A stretch of DNA of 64,000 nucleotides, from positions 340,628,001 through 340,692,000 of the forward strand of contig OZ024742.1 in NCBI GenBank assembly GCA_964016885.1. Reading direction: 5' to 3'. This DNA is from Eledone cirrhosa. Taxonomy: Eukaryota. How positions within the stretch are numbered: position 1 is the first letter of the stretch; the number at the start of each line of letters is the position of its first letter. Of the stretch, positions 12,885 through 24,545 are shown one piece after another. The notes beneath the pieces were generated by a model. It was not told the origin of the DNA, made no database searches, and worked only from the letters and a program-made list of their open reading frames with translations. The translations under genes were made by a program, and so were the position numbers.

Positions 12885-14720
12885 ATGGCTGAGCCACGCC
12901 CCCAGCGATATGTCTGCTGTCGTGCGACAACGACGTAGAAGTTGAGAGGAGTGCTACAGAGAAATTAACACAAATTGATAACACAAACACCACCACAAAC
13001 AAGGTAAACAAAGACACCAATGATACCAATGACAACTCTAATTTTGAAAAAAATGACAGTAACAGCGACAACGAAAATACAGATAATAAAAAAAAAATAA
13101 GAAATGCAACAACAATATCAATACCACTAACATGAAAACAAATAGCGACAACACCAACAGCAACAATACCAACTGCACCGAGAACAACGGTGGCAACAAA
13201 GACAACAATGATAACAGCGACAGTGTTAACAACAACACCAACAAGAACAACGACAACAAAACCCCCAACGAAAACAAGAGAAGACTTTCGCTGCGGCAGC
13301 AGCAAAAAAGAGGCCATGCTTGAACATGGACCTCTCAAACAAAGATGAAAAGTTGGCCCAGGCATGGAAGCTCATCAAGCAAGAGCAAACCTGGGCCAAC
13401 TTAACTGTCCCGGTAGAAGCTATTGAGGTAGTGGAGCGCAGAACGGTGCAATATAGATGCATCTCAGCACAAACCAAAAGGGCAGCGTTAATCCCACAAG
13501 AAGATGTCGAAGTCGCGCTGAGGTGCAAATCAGAAGCCCTCGCTATGAAACACGCTATGACTCCTTGCAAAACCAGCAAGGTCATAATGTACCCCTCCCA
13601 CATGGGAAAAAGAACGGCCCGTCTCCGCATTCCCAGAATCCCACCAGGACTTGACATGTGGTGGCTTCTGGGATGTGTGATTGTGGAGGGGACGGATACC
13701 GTCCCTATAGAAGTGACCAGAACGGCCAGAGAGGACTCGTCCGGGGTTGACCTGGAGATCCTTCTCCAGATCAGTCCCGAGAATGTGAAGACAATCCCGG
13801 ACCACATCCGCCTTCAGAATGGGACGGTCATTCACATTATGACCGAAGGCAAAAGGCCGCAGTGTTTTGTTTGTGGGGAAAAAACACATTTGCGAGCCTT
13901 CTGCCCTCAACTGCTGAAAGAGTAAAGGGGTCGAAAGGCCCCACTGCTGCCGACGCCGGGGCGAGGACCAGAACCAACACCAGCACCGGCAAAACCACAA
14001 ACAACACCAATAGAAAGACTACCACCAACAGTGACCACCCAGGGGAGAAACGAGGAAAGGTGTCAAATCCCCCCCCCTAATACACACACCAATAAAACCA
14101 TAAACATACATACAAACACACTTACAGACACCGACCCCCTCATCTACCAGTAGTGAAGATGAGGGAAAACCAAAATCATCCAAAATACAAAAAAGGAAAC
14201 ACAAAAAGAAAAAAACTCAACAAAGCACAAAATCACCCACAATTAAAAGCGGAGACACCACCCACGCAAATATCTCTCCAATAACATCAACATCAACACC
14301 ACCATCACCATCACCCCCTCAAACGCAAACAACCTAAACAGACGCAAGAACAAATATACACACAAACATCTGAAAGCACAGACACCGCATTCACAACAAA
14401 CACAGATACAACCGAAACAACACCACCAAAACCATCACCACCACAGCCACGCAAACAAATAAAATCACACCAACAAAACATACACAACTTCGTGCTCGTC
14501 AGGAGGGCCAACAAGGAACTGATGGCCCTCGTAGCACGAAGTGAAAATATACAAAAAGAGGGGGAAATTTTTAAATCGAACGAATGTCGATCGATATATT
14601 CAAAGAAATACGAGACAGCTTTCCTCGGGACGTGGGAACCCCGAACGTAAAATCCACTTCAAGACTTTTAAAGGGGTTCCCAAAAGAAACCCCACCAACT
14701 ATGGAGGTCGAACAACCCGA
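12885..14720 (+). pseudogene. Tx1 copy A ORF1 (frameshifted; main piece 13320-13925)
   Basis: Starts AAAC-ATGGCT like copy B; EGKRPQCFVCGEKTHLRAFC versus EGKRPKCFRCGSKTHLRAFC in copy B. Confidence 0.75.
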
Positions 14721-14779
14721 CCTTCACAAGAGCCCGGAAGGTAAGTAAACCTTCCTCTCTCTCTTTTTAACCTGCCAAC

Positions 14780-17700
14780 ACGGCCGTATTAAGAGTAGGA
14801 TGTTTAAATGTTCGAGGTCTTGGATCGTCCTGGAAGCAGGGTCACCTGCTCAACGACCTCAGGTCTATAGAAATGGATGTAATTGCCGTCAGCGAGACCA
14901 GGATTTCCGACACGCGCGCACTAGCACCCATTTTCGACGACTATCAGATCTTTGCATCTGTCAGCCGGCCGGGAATGGGGGGCAGGGTGGGAGTGCTGTT
15001 TAGGAAAGGCCTGGAACTCGAGGTAAGGTCGATCTTCCGGGACCCGGACGGGAAGTTGGTGGTCCTGGACGTGAACAATAACGAAGGTGGTGCCTTTAGA
15101 CTGGTGGCCGTCTATGATCCTACTGGGGCAGGATGGCCGGACTTCTTTAGACGCCTGGAAGCCTTTCTGGGTACGTCTCACCCTTTACTGTTAGCGGGGT
15201 ACTGGAACGGCATCTTAGACGCACGCTGGGACTGTGTGGGAGTATCCGATAGGAGAGGGGGTGCAAAAGCCTCAAGAACCTGATCAGCCAGTTCCAACTG
15301 TCTGACAGGTACCGACTAGATTTCCCTAATGCCCCTGTGTGGACCTGGGCTAACCGCATAGGGTCATCTAGATCATATATAGACAGGATATTCATTAGGA
15401 AAATAGACAGAAATAGTGTAACCTGTACACGTTTTGAAACGGTCGCCTATTCACATCACAAGTTTGGGATCTGTATGGTCGACCTAGATAAGACGCGTAG
15501 GTTAGGACATGGTTACTGGAAGCTAAACATGTCATTTCCGGCACGTAAGGCTTACAGGGACCAGGTCAACAATTTAGTTAAGAAAAAGTTGACAGGAGGA
15601 GTCGTCAACAATAGATGGTGGAGGGGGGGGGGGGCTATGAAAAGAGAGATTAGAGTAATGTCGATAGAGTTTAGCAAAGAAGTAGCATTAGAGAAAAATA
15701 GAAAGGAGGGGGAGTTGGTAGATAAGTTAGACGAGGCTATTGGTAGTGGCATTGCAACTGATGTGCTAGCGGCGAAAATGGCATTAGACCATTTCTTCAA
15801 TGCGAAACACGAAGGTTGTATTGTCAGAGCTAAAGCGCGTGCTCTGAGAAACGAGGGAACCAAAGCTGTTCGATGGGCCCGCGTGGCAGAGGCGCAGCGT
15901 GGTAATAAAACAACCATTCCGTCTTTGACGGACCGAGACGGGCACGAGCTGAGCGATTCCAAGAGGATGTGTGAGGCCTTTCGCCAACATTTTGCTCAGT
16001 TGTTCGGGGGAAGTGGCGGGTCAGAGATAGTGGCGGACTTCAGTCCCTACCTCGATGGCTTGCCGCAACTCTAGACGGCTGACTCTGGGCGCTGCGAAAG
16101 GCCAATTACTTCAGCCGAGATTCAGGATGCCCTTGTCGGCTGCATGAGGCGCAAGTCACCCGGTTTGGATGGTCTGCCCTACGAGCTTTACGTAAATATG
16201 CCAGACTTGTTCTCCATCTCCTCGAAGCACTCTACTGCAACTGGCAGCAAAACGCGAGTATTCCCAGTTCTGTGAGCCGGGGCGTAGTGACGCTGAAAAG
16301 GAAAGACGAGAACAAGAGGGACACATTAGACAATTTCAGGCCCATAACTCTGCTCAACACAGAGTTTAAGATTTTGGCCAGGGTGTTAGCAAAGAGGGTG
16401 GCGCTTGTCGTCGGGATTTGGTTGGGGAGGCGCAAACTTGAGCAATCCCAACCAGGTCGATACACGACAACCTCCACCCAATGCGATACATCATAGAGAG
16501 GGTAGGGTGTAAACCTCGCTTCGGTGGGGCTCTGATCAATTTAGATCAATCGAAAGCATTCGATAGGGTCGACCATCGGTACCTGGAGGCTGTCCTCAAG
16601 GCGGCTGGCTTCGGCCCCGTCTTCAGAAGTTGGATCGCTGCAATGCACAGCGGTACCTGCTCGATGGTCAAAATTAATGGTCACCTCTCGGAATCGTTTC
16701 AGGTCTCCCGATCGGTCCGTCAAGGGTTCCCTCTCTCCTCCCTTATGTACGTATTGACTCTCGAGCCTTTACTGCGGAAGCTGGAGCTGTTGCAGGGCAT
16801 CCCGCTCGAACCGGGACGTGGAAAGTCTGTGTCGGCTTATGCGGACGACATCACCGTGATGGTGTCGGACACCTCAGATATCGAGGTGGTCGGCAACTTA
16901 TTGGAGGAATATGAAAGGTTGACGGGAGCAAAACTTAACCCGGAAAAGTCGGTGGGCTTGCAACTCGGCACCTGGAGAGGCAAGTCCATGCCGTCCAACA
17001 GCGTCGTTAGGCGCTGGACGGACGGACCGGTAAAGTTGCTAGGGGTTTGGTTCGGGCCAGACCTCCAGGTGGATAAGAATTGGGACGAGGTGACGGGCAG
17101 GGTAGCCAATCTCACCCAGAAATGGGCTGGGATGAAGCTATCACTGAAAGGTCAGGCGGAGGTGGCGAACGCATACATCGCGTCCGTCATCTACTACCGT
17201 CTGACCGTCATCCCTTGCTCCCGTTCGCGCCTCGAGGGGTCAGGTTCCGCTGGTGACGCGGTCCATCTGCTGCCAGCACCCTCTACGTGGAGGGCTGGAC
17301 ATGCCGTGGCTAATGATGCGCAGGTACGTGCTGAGGCTGCGGCATCTCCAGATATTCTGCCTAAACGGTGAACAGGTGTGGTCGCCGTTTGTCAGACGGG
17401 CCTTTCCGCAGCTCGTTTCTTTGACTGAGCTGCAGTCCTGGGTCAAGAAGAGACCGAGACTGGGTGACTGGCATCTGGAATGTTGCCGGGCACTCACTGC
17501 CCTCTACCAGGCGGGCAATGCGGTCAGTAGAACTTCCACTCTCGAGTTCTATAGAGGATTAGCGGTGGGCAAGTGCGACGAGGCACTCGGAGAGGCCCTG
17601 GGCGTCGACGAAGTCGAACTAGCCAGTCTGTACCGGAGGACTTTCGAGCCGGGGACGATGGATAATTTCCAAAAATCCCTCGCTTGGCAGTGCTACCGGG

Positions 17701-18183
17701 GGGCACTGCCGGTTCGAGATAAACTCTACAGGCACGGAAGTGCTGTTAGACGGACCTTCCCGAGATGCGCGCACAGCGACGAAACCGTTCTGCACGCACT
17801 CGTCCAGTGTCCGTGCATTACTGACTTGTGGAGTTATGTTGAACAGCTGTTGTCGCGTGTAGAACGGATCCGGCTATCGGCCGAGTCCATAGTGAAGATC
17901 GACCCGTCGCCTTCTTTTGGCCAGGAAGGGCAGGCAGTTGTCCTCTGTCTGGTGGCAGTAGCGAAAGAGGTTGTATGGTGGACGAGGTTGAAAGGACTGA
18001 AGACAGAGACTTTTCTCTTCGGTCAATCCCTCATCAACTTTTTCAAATTTCACTTGGAAAGGAAGGTAAGGGTGGAGAGGGAAATGGTGCCCCCCCCCCC
18101 CCTCCAGTACATTTGCTGAAAGGTGGGTGAATGTGGCGAGAATGACCCGTGTGAGTGGGCCTACTCTGGTCATGCGGCTGTAG
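14780..18183 (+). pseudogene. Tx1 copy A ORF2 (APE endonuclease + RT), multiple frameshifts and stops
   Basis: Pieces 14873-15283, 15337-16074, 16272-16496, 16481-17371 and 17253-18119 align in order to ORF 20817-24236 (VSETR, DNFRPITLLN, DQSKAFDRV, YADD). Confidence 0.92.
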
Positions 18184-18683
18184 GTAGGTAAATTTGAGGA
18201 GGAGAGGGGTGCCTTTCCAGGGTGCTCTCGAAGCGTCGGGTCGTTCAGGACTGGTGGGGTACCTGAGCGAACCCTAGGTGGTCATCCCCCCTATTGGGGA
18301 ATTTTTTCTTGTAATTTTCTTGTTACTTTATTGCTACTTTGTTATTATTATTCATATTGTTTACTCAATTTTTCTGTAAAACCCCACTGTCCCACTCATT
18401 TGTATTGTCCCCTATATCCCGTCCCTGGTGGCCAATAAATGAAATCATTATTATTATTATTATTATTGAATGCCATGGTTGACGGAGGCTCGGCTCTGTA
18501 AGGTATAGTAATTTTTAACCGTTAAAACAATTGTAAATTGTTTAAAACTTGAACCAAATTGTTGATAAAGACACCCTCCTCCTCGTGAGAGGGGTCTTTC
18601 TGTCCGTTATTTGGCCCTTCGGGGTTAAATAACCGCTTATTGGGGTTTTGTACCCAAAATTTCATTTTAAACAAAAAAACAAC

Positions 18684-19352
18684 ATGGCTACGAAAAAGAA
18701 ATTTCATACGTCACTCCCACTCATTCCGTCTTCTTCTTCCTCAATCATCACTACAGCAGAGAGAAGATTGTCTCTCTCCCTCCCTTCTTTAAATGTGTCT
18801 CTCTCCCTCCCTTCTCTTTCGCAAGTGACGAAAGAAAAGAAAAGTCTCGTGCAAAGCGTGCAAGGTTTCTCCACCACGACGACGACAGCGACGAAACAGG
18901 TGTGCGGGAAATACGAAAACCCAGTTCATTCGTCTGACGTCAGGAATAATAGCAGTAACAGCCGTAATAACAACAGCAACAGTGACAATGAAAACAACAG
19001 TAGCAGCCGCAACAGCATCACCAGCAGCATAAACAACAACAGCATTAGCAGCAGCAACACCAACAACAACCACAGCAACAGCGGCGGAGGCAGTAGTCGT
19101 AGTACCTGCAGCAACAACAAAAGTACCAGCAGCTCTGACGACAACAACAACAGCAGAGAAAAACCAATCTCATTTGCAGGTATTGCGAAAAACTTGGAAA
19201 CAATCCTCATAACAAATGAGGAATTAGAGGAAGCGAAGAAGATGGTGACAAAGAACGGACACCGAGCAATCTGCAAAGCAGCGGAAAAAATGTTTCGAAA
19301 CCCAAGAGCACTGTATGGTCACGTACCGTACAGTAAGTACAAAATCCCGTAG
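18684..19352 (+). CDS. Tx1 copy B ORF1, N-terminal part (Asn/Ser-rich)
   Basis: ATG at 18684 in AAC-ATGGCT context; its end (EELEEAKKMV) aligns with copy A DEKLAQAWKLI; continues in the +1 frame. Confidence 0.65.
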   Translation: MATKKKFHTSLPLIPSSSSSIITTAERRLSLSLPSLNVSLSLPSLSQVTKEKKSLVQSVQGFSTTTTTATKQVCGKYENPVHSSDVRNNSSNSRNNNSNSDNENNSSSRNSITSSINNNSISSSNTNNNHSNSGGGSSRSTCSNNKSTSSSDDNNNSREKPISFAGIAKNLETILITNEELEEAKKMVTKNGHRAICKAAEKMFRNPRALYGHVPYSKYKIP

Positions 19353-20697
19353 GGTGGAAAGAGCCACAGAGGCCCAAATACAAAAAGCCTTGGGGTCTGT
19401 GTGGCAGCGGAAAACGCACATCACCCGAGGCAAAAAATATGCCACCGTAGACGTACTTTTTGCCACACCCCAGGAGGCAAAGGCCCAATCAGTAGTGACC
19501 CTAAGGAGCGAGGAAATGGTGTTGGTGCCCTCCTACTGCGGGCAAAAAATTGTGAGGGTCAAACTGACCCACGTCCCCCCCGGAATGACCCCTTCTTGGC
19601 TGGCCGCGTCTGTCCTCGTCGGAATCGAGGACAAAACAACTGTACTGCAAGTACAGAAAAAAGTAAGAGAAGATTGGGTCGGCTCCTCCATTGAGATGCT
19701 AATCCAAACCAACCAGGAGTGCATCGAAGCTATCCCGGATGTGATAGACTTCGATAACGGCACTCAACTGCCCATAAGTGTTGAGGGCAAACGCCCGAAA
19801 TGCTTTCGCTGTGGATCGAAGACTCACCTCAGGGCCTTCTGCAACGAGAAGACCCTGAGAAAGGAGAAAACCCCCCTCCTTCCGAATCCGGCTCCACGGC
19901 TACCAGCAACAGGACAAGCGGCAACCAGGAACGATAGGTCCGTGGCACCCATACCCACTCCACGGAAATCAAAAACAGCAGCAGCAGTGGAAATATTAAC
20001 AACAACAACAGCAATACCAAATGCAGCTGCGACAGAGACTCCAGTGCAAACATCACCAACAACAACAAGTGAAAGAGTGGAGCTGGTACCCCTCCCCGAC
20101 CTCACAGAATCAGACATGGAGTGTGAGGTGGGAGAGGGATGGCAAAAGGTCGCAAGAAGGCACAAACGGAGAAGCAGCGCATCGTCGCCTTTGAAAAGGG
20201 AGGAAAGAAATGAGAAAAGGGTAAAGTCTACTGCAAAGAGACCCACAGCAGCAACACCACCAACACCATCACCACCCACACCAGCACCACCATCACCACC
20301 GGCGACAACCCCACCGCCAACAACACCTTCAACACCACCACCACAAGCACCAACATCGCAAACACAACAACAAAACACACACACCCAGCAACAACGACAA
20401 GAAAATAGCAGAACCACACCCCACCCCCAGAAAAACAAATGCACGGCAATAAACACACACAACAAGAAACTAATGACTTACATAATTGAACACACAGACA
20501 TTTCACAACAGGACTACATAATACCAGCACCAATCAAAACGCCAACTAACATAAGACTGCTAAAAATAGCACAGAAACAATACACAAACATTAAAACGAA
20601 ATTCCCCAACGCAGTTGGTGATTTCAGGGACCTAGGAGGAACCATCAATCGAAGAGTATATTCAGACATTCTCTTAGAAGAGCCGACGACCAGCTGA
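19315..20697 (+). CDS. Tx1 copy B ORF1, C-terminal part (gag-like CCHC zinc knuckle, Pro/Thr-rich linker)
   Basis: CFRCGSKTHLRAFC (CX2CX4HX4C); homologous to copy A 13320-13925. Confidence 0.8.
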   Translation: MVTYRTVSTKSRRVERATEAQIQKALGSVWQRKTHITRGKKYATVDVLFATPQEAKAQSVVTLRSEEMVLVPSYCGQKIVRVKLTHVPPGMTPSWLAASVLVGIEDKTTVLQVQKKVREDWVGSSIEMLIQTNQECIEAIPDVIDFDNGTQLPISVEGKRPKCFRCGSKTHLRAFCNEKTLRKEKTPLLPNPAPRLPATGQAATRNDRSVAPIPTPRKSKTAAAVEILTTTTAIPNAAATETPVQTSPTTTSERVELVPLPDLTESDMECEVGEGWQKVARRHKRRSSASSPLKREERNEKRVKSTAKRPTAATPPTPSPPTPAPPSPPATTPPPTTPSTPPPQAPTSQTQQQNTHTQQQRQENSRTTPHPQKNKCTAINTHNKKLMTYIIEHTDISQQDYIIPAPIKTPTNIRLLKIAQKQYTNIKTKFPNAVGDFRDLGGTINRRVYSDILLEEPTTS

Positions 20698-20816
20698 AGG
20701 GACGATTCAACGGTCCCTTCACCAGACGATCAAGTGAAAAGGGATGTAAAAACCATCCCTCCTCTACCAAAAGTACGGTAAGTGGTCTTTCCCATCTTTT
20801 CCACTCTATTTTAAAC

Positions 20817-23800
20817 ATGACCTCACTCAGAATAGGCAGCATAAATGCGCGTGGCTTGGGGTCGTCATGGAAGCAGGGTCACCTGCTCAACGACCTCAGG
20901 TCACTAAACATAGATGTAGTGGCCATCAGCGAGACCAGAATTTCCGAAGCACGGGCCTTCGCACCGATCTTCGGCGGCTACGATGTGTACGCATCTCCCA
21001 GCCGTCCTGGATCGGGTGGAGGAGTTGCTGTGCTTTTTCGGAGAGGTTTGGATCTCGCCATACGGGCCATCTTCCTGGACCCAGAGGGTAATCTGGTGGT
21101 GCTGGACGTGACCAGCGGAGACGGGCAAGATTTCAGGCTAGTGGCCGTCTATGCCCCGACAGGAGCAGGGCGGCCTGATTTCTTCCGGCGTCTGGAGACC
21201 TTTCTTGGAACGTCCCGCTCTTTAGTGTTAGTGGGCGACTGGAACGGGATCTTAGATGCACGCTGGGACTGTGTGGGATTAGCGGATAGGGGTGGAGGGT
21301 GCAAGAGCCTCACCAACCTGCTCAGGCGTTTTGAACTGTCTGACAGGTACCGATTGGATTTCCCGAATGTGCCAATGTGGACTTGGACAAACCGCATAGG
21401 GTCATCCAGATCATATCTAGATAGAGTATTTTGTAGGGAAATAGATAGGTCTAGCATAGGCTGTCCACAATTCAAGATAGTCAGCTACACGGACCACAAA
21501 TTCGTGATCTGTGTGCTTGACTTAGATAGGCTTCATAGACGAGGACCCGGCTACTGGAAGCTAAACGCGTCCTTACCAGCGCGCAAGGCCTACAGAGACC
21601 GGATTAGCGAACTAGTTAAGCGGGCGTTGACGGGGGCCATCGTCAACAACAAGTGGTGGTTTGCTCTGAAAAGAGCGATTAGAATAGAATCGATTAGGTT
21701 TAGTAAGGCTTTAGCAATAGAGAAAAATAGAGCAGAGGGAGAACTAGTTAGAAAATTAGACGAGGCGCTTAGCAAAGGCATTGCGACCGACGTGCTTGCG
21801 GCGAAATTGGCCCTTGACCAATTCTTCAATGCAAAGCACGAAGGCTGCGTTGTCAGAGCTAGGGTGCGTGCTCTCAGACACGAGGGGACGAAAGCCGTTC
21901 AATGGGCCCGAGTGGCGGAGGCGCGTCGTGGCAACAAAGCCACGATCCGGTCTTTGGTGGACCACGACGGGCGCATGCTACTCGATCCCGGGCAAATGTG
22001 TGAAGCTTTTCAGCGACACTTCGCTCAGCTGTTCGGGGGAAGCGGGGGGCCGGGTAGAGGGATGCACTTTAGTGTCTACCTCGACGGACTGCCGCGGCTC
22101 TCGGCCACTGAGGCGAAGTGTTGCGAAAAGCCGATAACAGCCGCTGAAGTACGGGAGGCAATGACTGGCTGCACAAGGGGTAAATCGCCTGGTTTGGATG
22201 GTCTGCCCTATGAACTTTACGTACAGATGCCAGACTTGTTCGGAGGCCTCTTGGCGGACGTCTACTGCAACTGGCAACAGAACGGGAGAATTCCCAGTTC
22301 TGTGAGCCGAGGAGCGGTGGCACTGCTGAGAAAGGATCCGAACAAGGGGGATAACATAGACAATTTCCGGCCCATAACTCTGCTAAACACAGAGTTTAAG
22401 ATTTTGGCCAAGGTGCTAGCAAAGAGGTTGGCGCTTGTCGTTGGTGGTCTGGTGGGAGAGGCGCAGACATGCGCCATTCCCGACAGATCCATCCACGACA
22501 ACCTCCACCTCATGCGATACATCGTAGAGAGGGTAGCTAGGGAACCTGGCACGGGTGGGTCCTTGATCAATTTAGATCAGTCGAAAGCTTTCGATAGGGT
22601 CGACCATCGTTACCTAGCGGCAGTCCTGAGGGCGGCTGGCTTTGGGCCCGTCTTCAGAGGCTGGATCGCTGCCATGCACAGCGACATCTGCTCTGTGGTG
22701 AGAGTGAACGGTCACCTGTCGGAACCGTTCAACATCATGCGCTCGGTCCGCCAAGGATGTCCCCTCTCGTCCCTCTTGTACGTATTGACTCTCGAGCCAT
22801 TACTGCACAAACTGGAGACGTTGAGGGGAGTCCCGCGCGAACTAGGATGCGGAAGATCCGTGTCAGCATATGCGGACGATGTCACCGTAGTGGTGTCGAA
22901 CGCCAAACACATCGAGGCGATCGGCACTACACTAAGAGAATACGAAGCGGTGACAGGAGCAATGATCAACCAGGAAAAGTCAGTGGGCCTGCAGCTCGGC
23001 ACCTGGAGAGGCAGGTCCATGCCGTCCAACAGCGTCGTCGGGCGCTGGACGGACGGACCGGTTAAATTGCTAGGGGTCTGGTTCGGTCCGGACCTCCAGA
23101 CGGACAAAAACTGGGACGAGGTGACGAGCAGGGTGGCTTCTCTCACCCAGAAATGGGCGGAGAGGAAGCTATCCCTGAAAGGTCGAGCGGAGGTGGCTAA
23201 CGCGTACATCGCGTCTGTCATCTGCTACCGCCTAACCGTCGTACCTTGTCCTAAGCCTCGCCTGACTGCGCTGGAGCGTTTGCTCTTTCGCTTTTTGTGG
23301 AAGGGACGTGCTCCGATGGTCAGGCGGTCCATCTGTTGTCAACACTCGCTACGTGGAGGGCTGGGCATGCCGTGGCTGATGATGCGCAGGCACGCGCTCA
23401 GGCTACGACATCTCCACCTCTTCCTCGACGGTGATCAGGTGTGGTCGCCGTTTGCTAGACGCGTTTTTCCCCAGCTCGTTTCCTTGACGGAGCTGGAGTC
23501 CTGGGTCAAGCGAAGACCGAGAGGGAGCGCCTGGAGACTGGAATGTCTTCAGGCGCTCACAGCCCTCGACCAATCGGGCAATGTGATCGGTGGAAACTCC
23601 ACCTCGGCGTTCTATAGAGGATTAGTGGAGGGGAAGAGCGACGACGTACTTGGGGAAACTCTAGGCGTCGACGAAAATCAACTAGCCAATCTCTTCGGAA
23701 GAACTTTCGGGCCAGGGCCTATGGACAACTTCCAGAAATCTCTGGCCTGGCAGTGCTACCGAGGAGCCTTGCCAGTTCGGGATAAACTCTACAGGCATGG

Positions 23801-24236
23801 AGGTGCCGTCAGCCGGGCATGTCCGAGATGCGCGCAGGGCGACGAAACCGTCCTGCACGCACTCGTCCAGTGTCCGAAAATTGCTGACTTGTGGGTTTAT
23901 GTCGAACACCTGCTGTCGCGTTTAGGACGGATCCAGCTATCATCTGAGTCTATCGTGAGGATTGCCCCGCCCTCCTCCTTTAGCCGGGAAGGGCAGGCAG
24001 TTTTTATCTGTCTGGTGGCCATGGCGAAAGAGATAGTATGGTGGACACGTTTGAAAGGGCTGAAGACGAGCACTTACCTCTTCAGTGATGCTCTGATTGA
24101 CTTTTTCAAATTTCATTTGAAAAGGAAAATCAGAGTAGAGAAGGAAGTGCTCTCTTCCCAGCATTTTGTTGAAAGATGGGTGAGAGAAGCAAGAATGGCC
24201 CGAGTGAATGGGCCGACTCTGAGTATATATCTGTAA
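20817..24236 (+). CDS. L1/Tx1 ORF2 polyprotein: APE endonuclease, reverse transcriptase, C-terminal Cys/His motif
   Basis: 1139 aa uninterrupted. EN: NARGL, ISETR, VYAP, GDWN, TDH. RT: SPGLDGLP, FRPITLLN, DQSKAFDRV, VRQGCPLS, YADD. C-terminus: CPRC...ETVLHALVQC. Confidence 0.96.
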   Translation: MTSLRIGSINARGLGSSWKQGHLLNDLRSLNIDVVAISETRISEARAFAPIFGGYDVYASPSRPGSGGGVAVLFRRGLDLAIRAIFLDPEGNLVVLDVTSGDGQDFRLVAVYAPTGAGRPDFFRRLETFLGTSRSLVLVGDWNGILDARWDCVGLADRGGGCKSLTNLLRRFELSDRYRLDFPNVPMWTWTNRIGSSRSYLDRVFCREIDRSSIGCPQFKIVSYTDHKFVICVLDLDRLHRRGPGYWKLNASLPARKAYRDRISELVKRALTGAIVNNKWWFALKRAIRIESIRFSKALAIEKNRAEGELVRKLDEALSKGIATDVLAAKLALDQFFNAKHEGCVVRARVRALRHEGTKAVQWARVAEARRGNKATIRSLVDHDGRMLLDPGQMCEAFQRHFAQLFGGSGGPGRGMHFSVYLDGLPRLSATEAKCCEKPITAAEVREAMTGCTRGKSPGLDGLPYELYVQMPDLFGGLLADVYCNWQQNGRIPSSVSRGAVALLRKDPNKGDNIDNFRPITLLNTEFKILAKVLAKRLALVVGGLVGEAQTCAIPDRSIHDNLHLMRYIVERVAREPGTGGSLINLDQSKAFDRVDHRYLAAVLRAAGFGPVFRGWIAAMHSDICSVVRVNGHLSEPFNIMRSVRQGCPLSSLLYVLTLEPLLHKLETLRGVPRELGCGRSVSAYADDVTVVVSNAKHIEAIGTTLREYEAVTGAMINQEKSVGLQLGTWRGRSMPSNSVVGRWTDGPVKLLGVWFGPDLQTDKNWDEVTSRVASLTQKWAERKLSLKGRAEVANAYIASVICYRLTVVPCPKPRLTALERLLFRFLWKGRAPMVRRSICCQHSLRGGLGMPWLMMRRHALRLRHLHLFLDGDQVWSPFARRVFPQLVSLTELESWVKRRPRGSAWRLECLQALTALDQSGNVIGGNSTSAFYRGLVEGKSDDVLGETLGVDENQLANLFGRTFGPGPMDNFQKSLAWQCYRGALPVRDKLYRHGGAVSRACPRCAQGDETVLHALVQCPKIADLWVYVEHLLSRLGRIQLSSESIVRIAPPSSFSREGQAVFICLVAMAKEIVWWTRLKGLKTSTYLFSDALIDFFKFHLKRKIRVEKEVLSSQHFVERWVREARMARVNGPTLSIYL

Positions 24237-24496
24237 ACTAAAGGTGGAAAACTGGGAGAGGGCACTTGCCTTGGTGGTCAGGGTCATTGTGGCTTTTTAC
24301 TGGGCTTTCTCCACAAATGTCCCTCCGAAGTCTCCCCCCTATTGGGGAATTTTTCATTGTTATTTTCATTGTTATTTTTGTTACATCCTCTGTTTTTGTT
24401 TTTTTGCACGCAGAAATGCCCATTTGTACCGTCCTGCATTGTCCTGCACTGTCCTTAATGTCTACTTTATGTAAACCCTTGTGGTTAATAAAGAAA

Positions 24497-24533
<37 letters not shown>

Positions 24534-24545
24534 TATTATTATTAT

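Larger units (their letters stand above)
12680..18467 (+). mobile_element. L1/Tx1-clade LINE copy A, full-length but decayed
   Basis: ORF1 remnants with a CCHC knuckle (CFVCGEKTHLRAFC), fragmented EN-RT ORF2 colinear with copy B, then AATAAA followed by (ATT)n. Confidence 0.9.
18468..24545 (+). mobile_element. L1/Tx1-clade LINE copy B, full-length and young
   Basis: 5' UTR, ORF1, intact ORF2 and 3' UTR with AATAAA; (ATT)n on both sides. Confidence 0.93.

Noticed and set aside
18567-18600. CCTCCTCGTG, resembling the L3 loop of an HDV-like ribozyme in the Tx1 5' UTR
   Set aside because: No P2 segment or P1.1 GG in the required positions; it folds as a simple hairpin.
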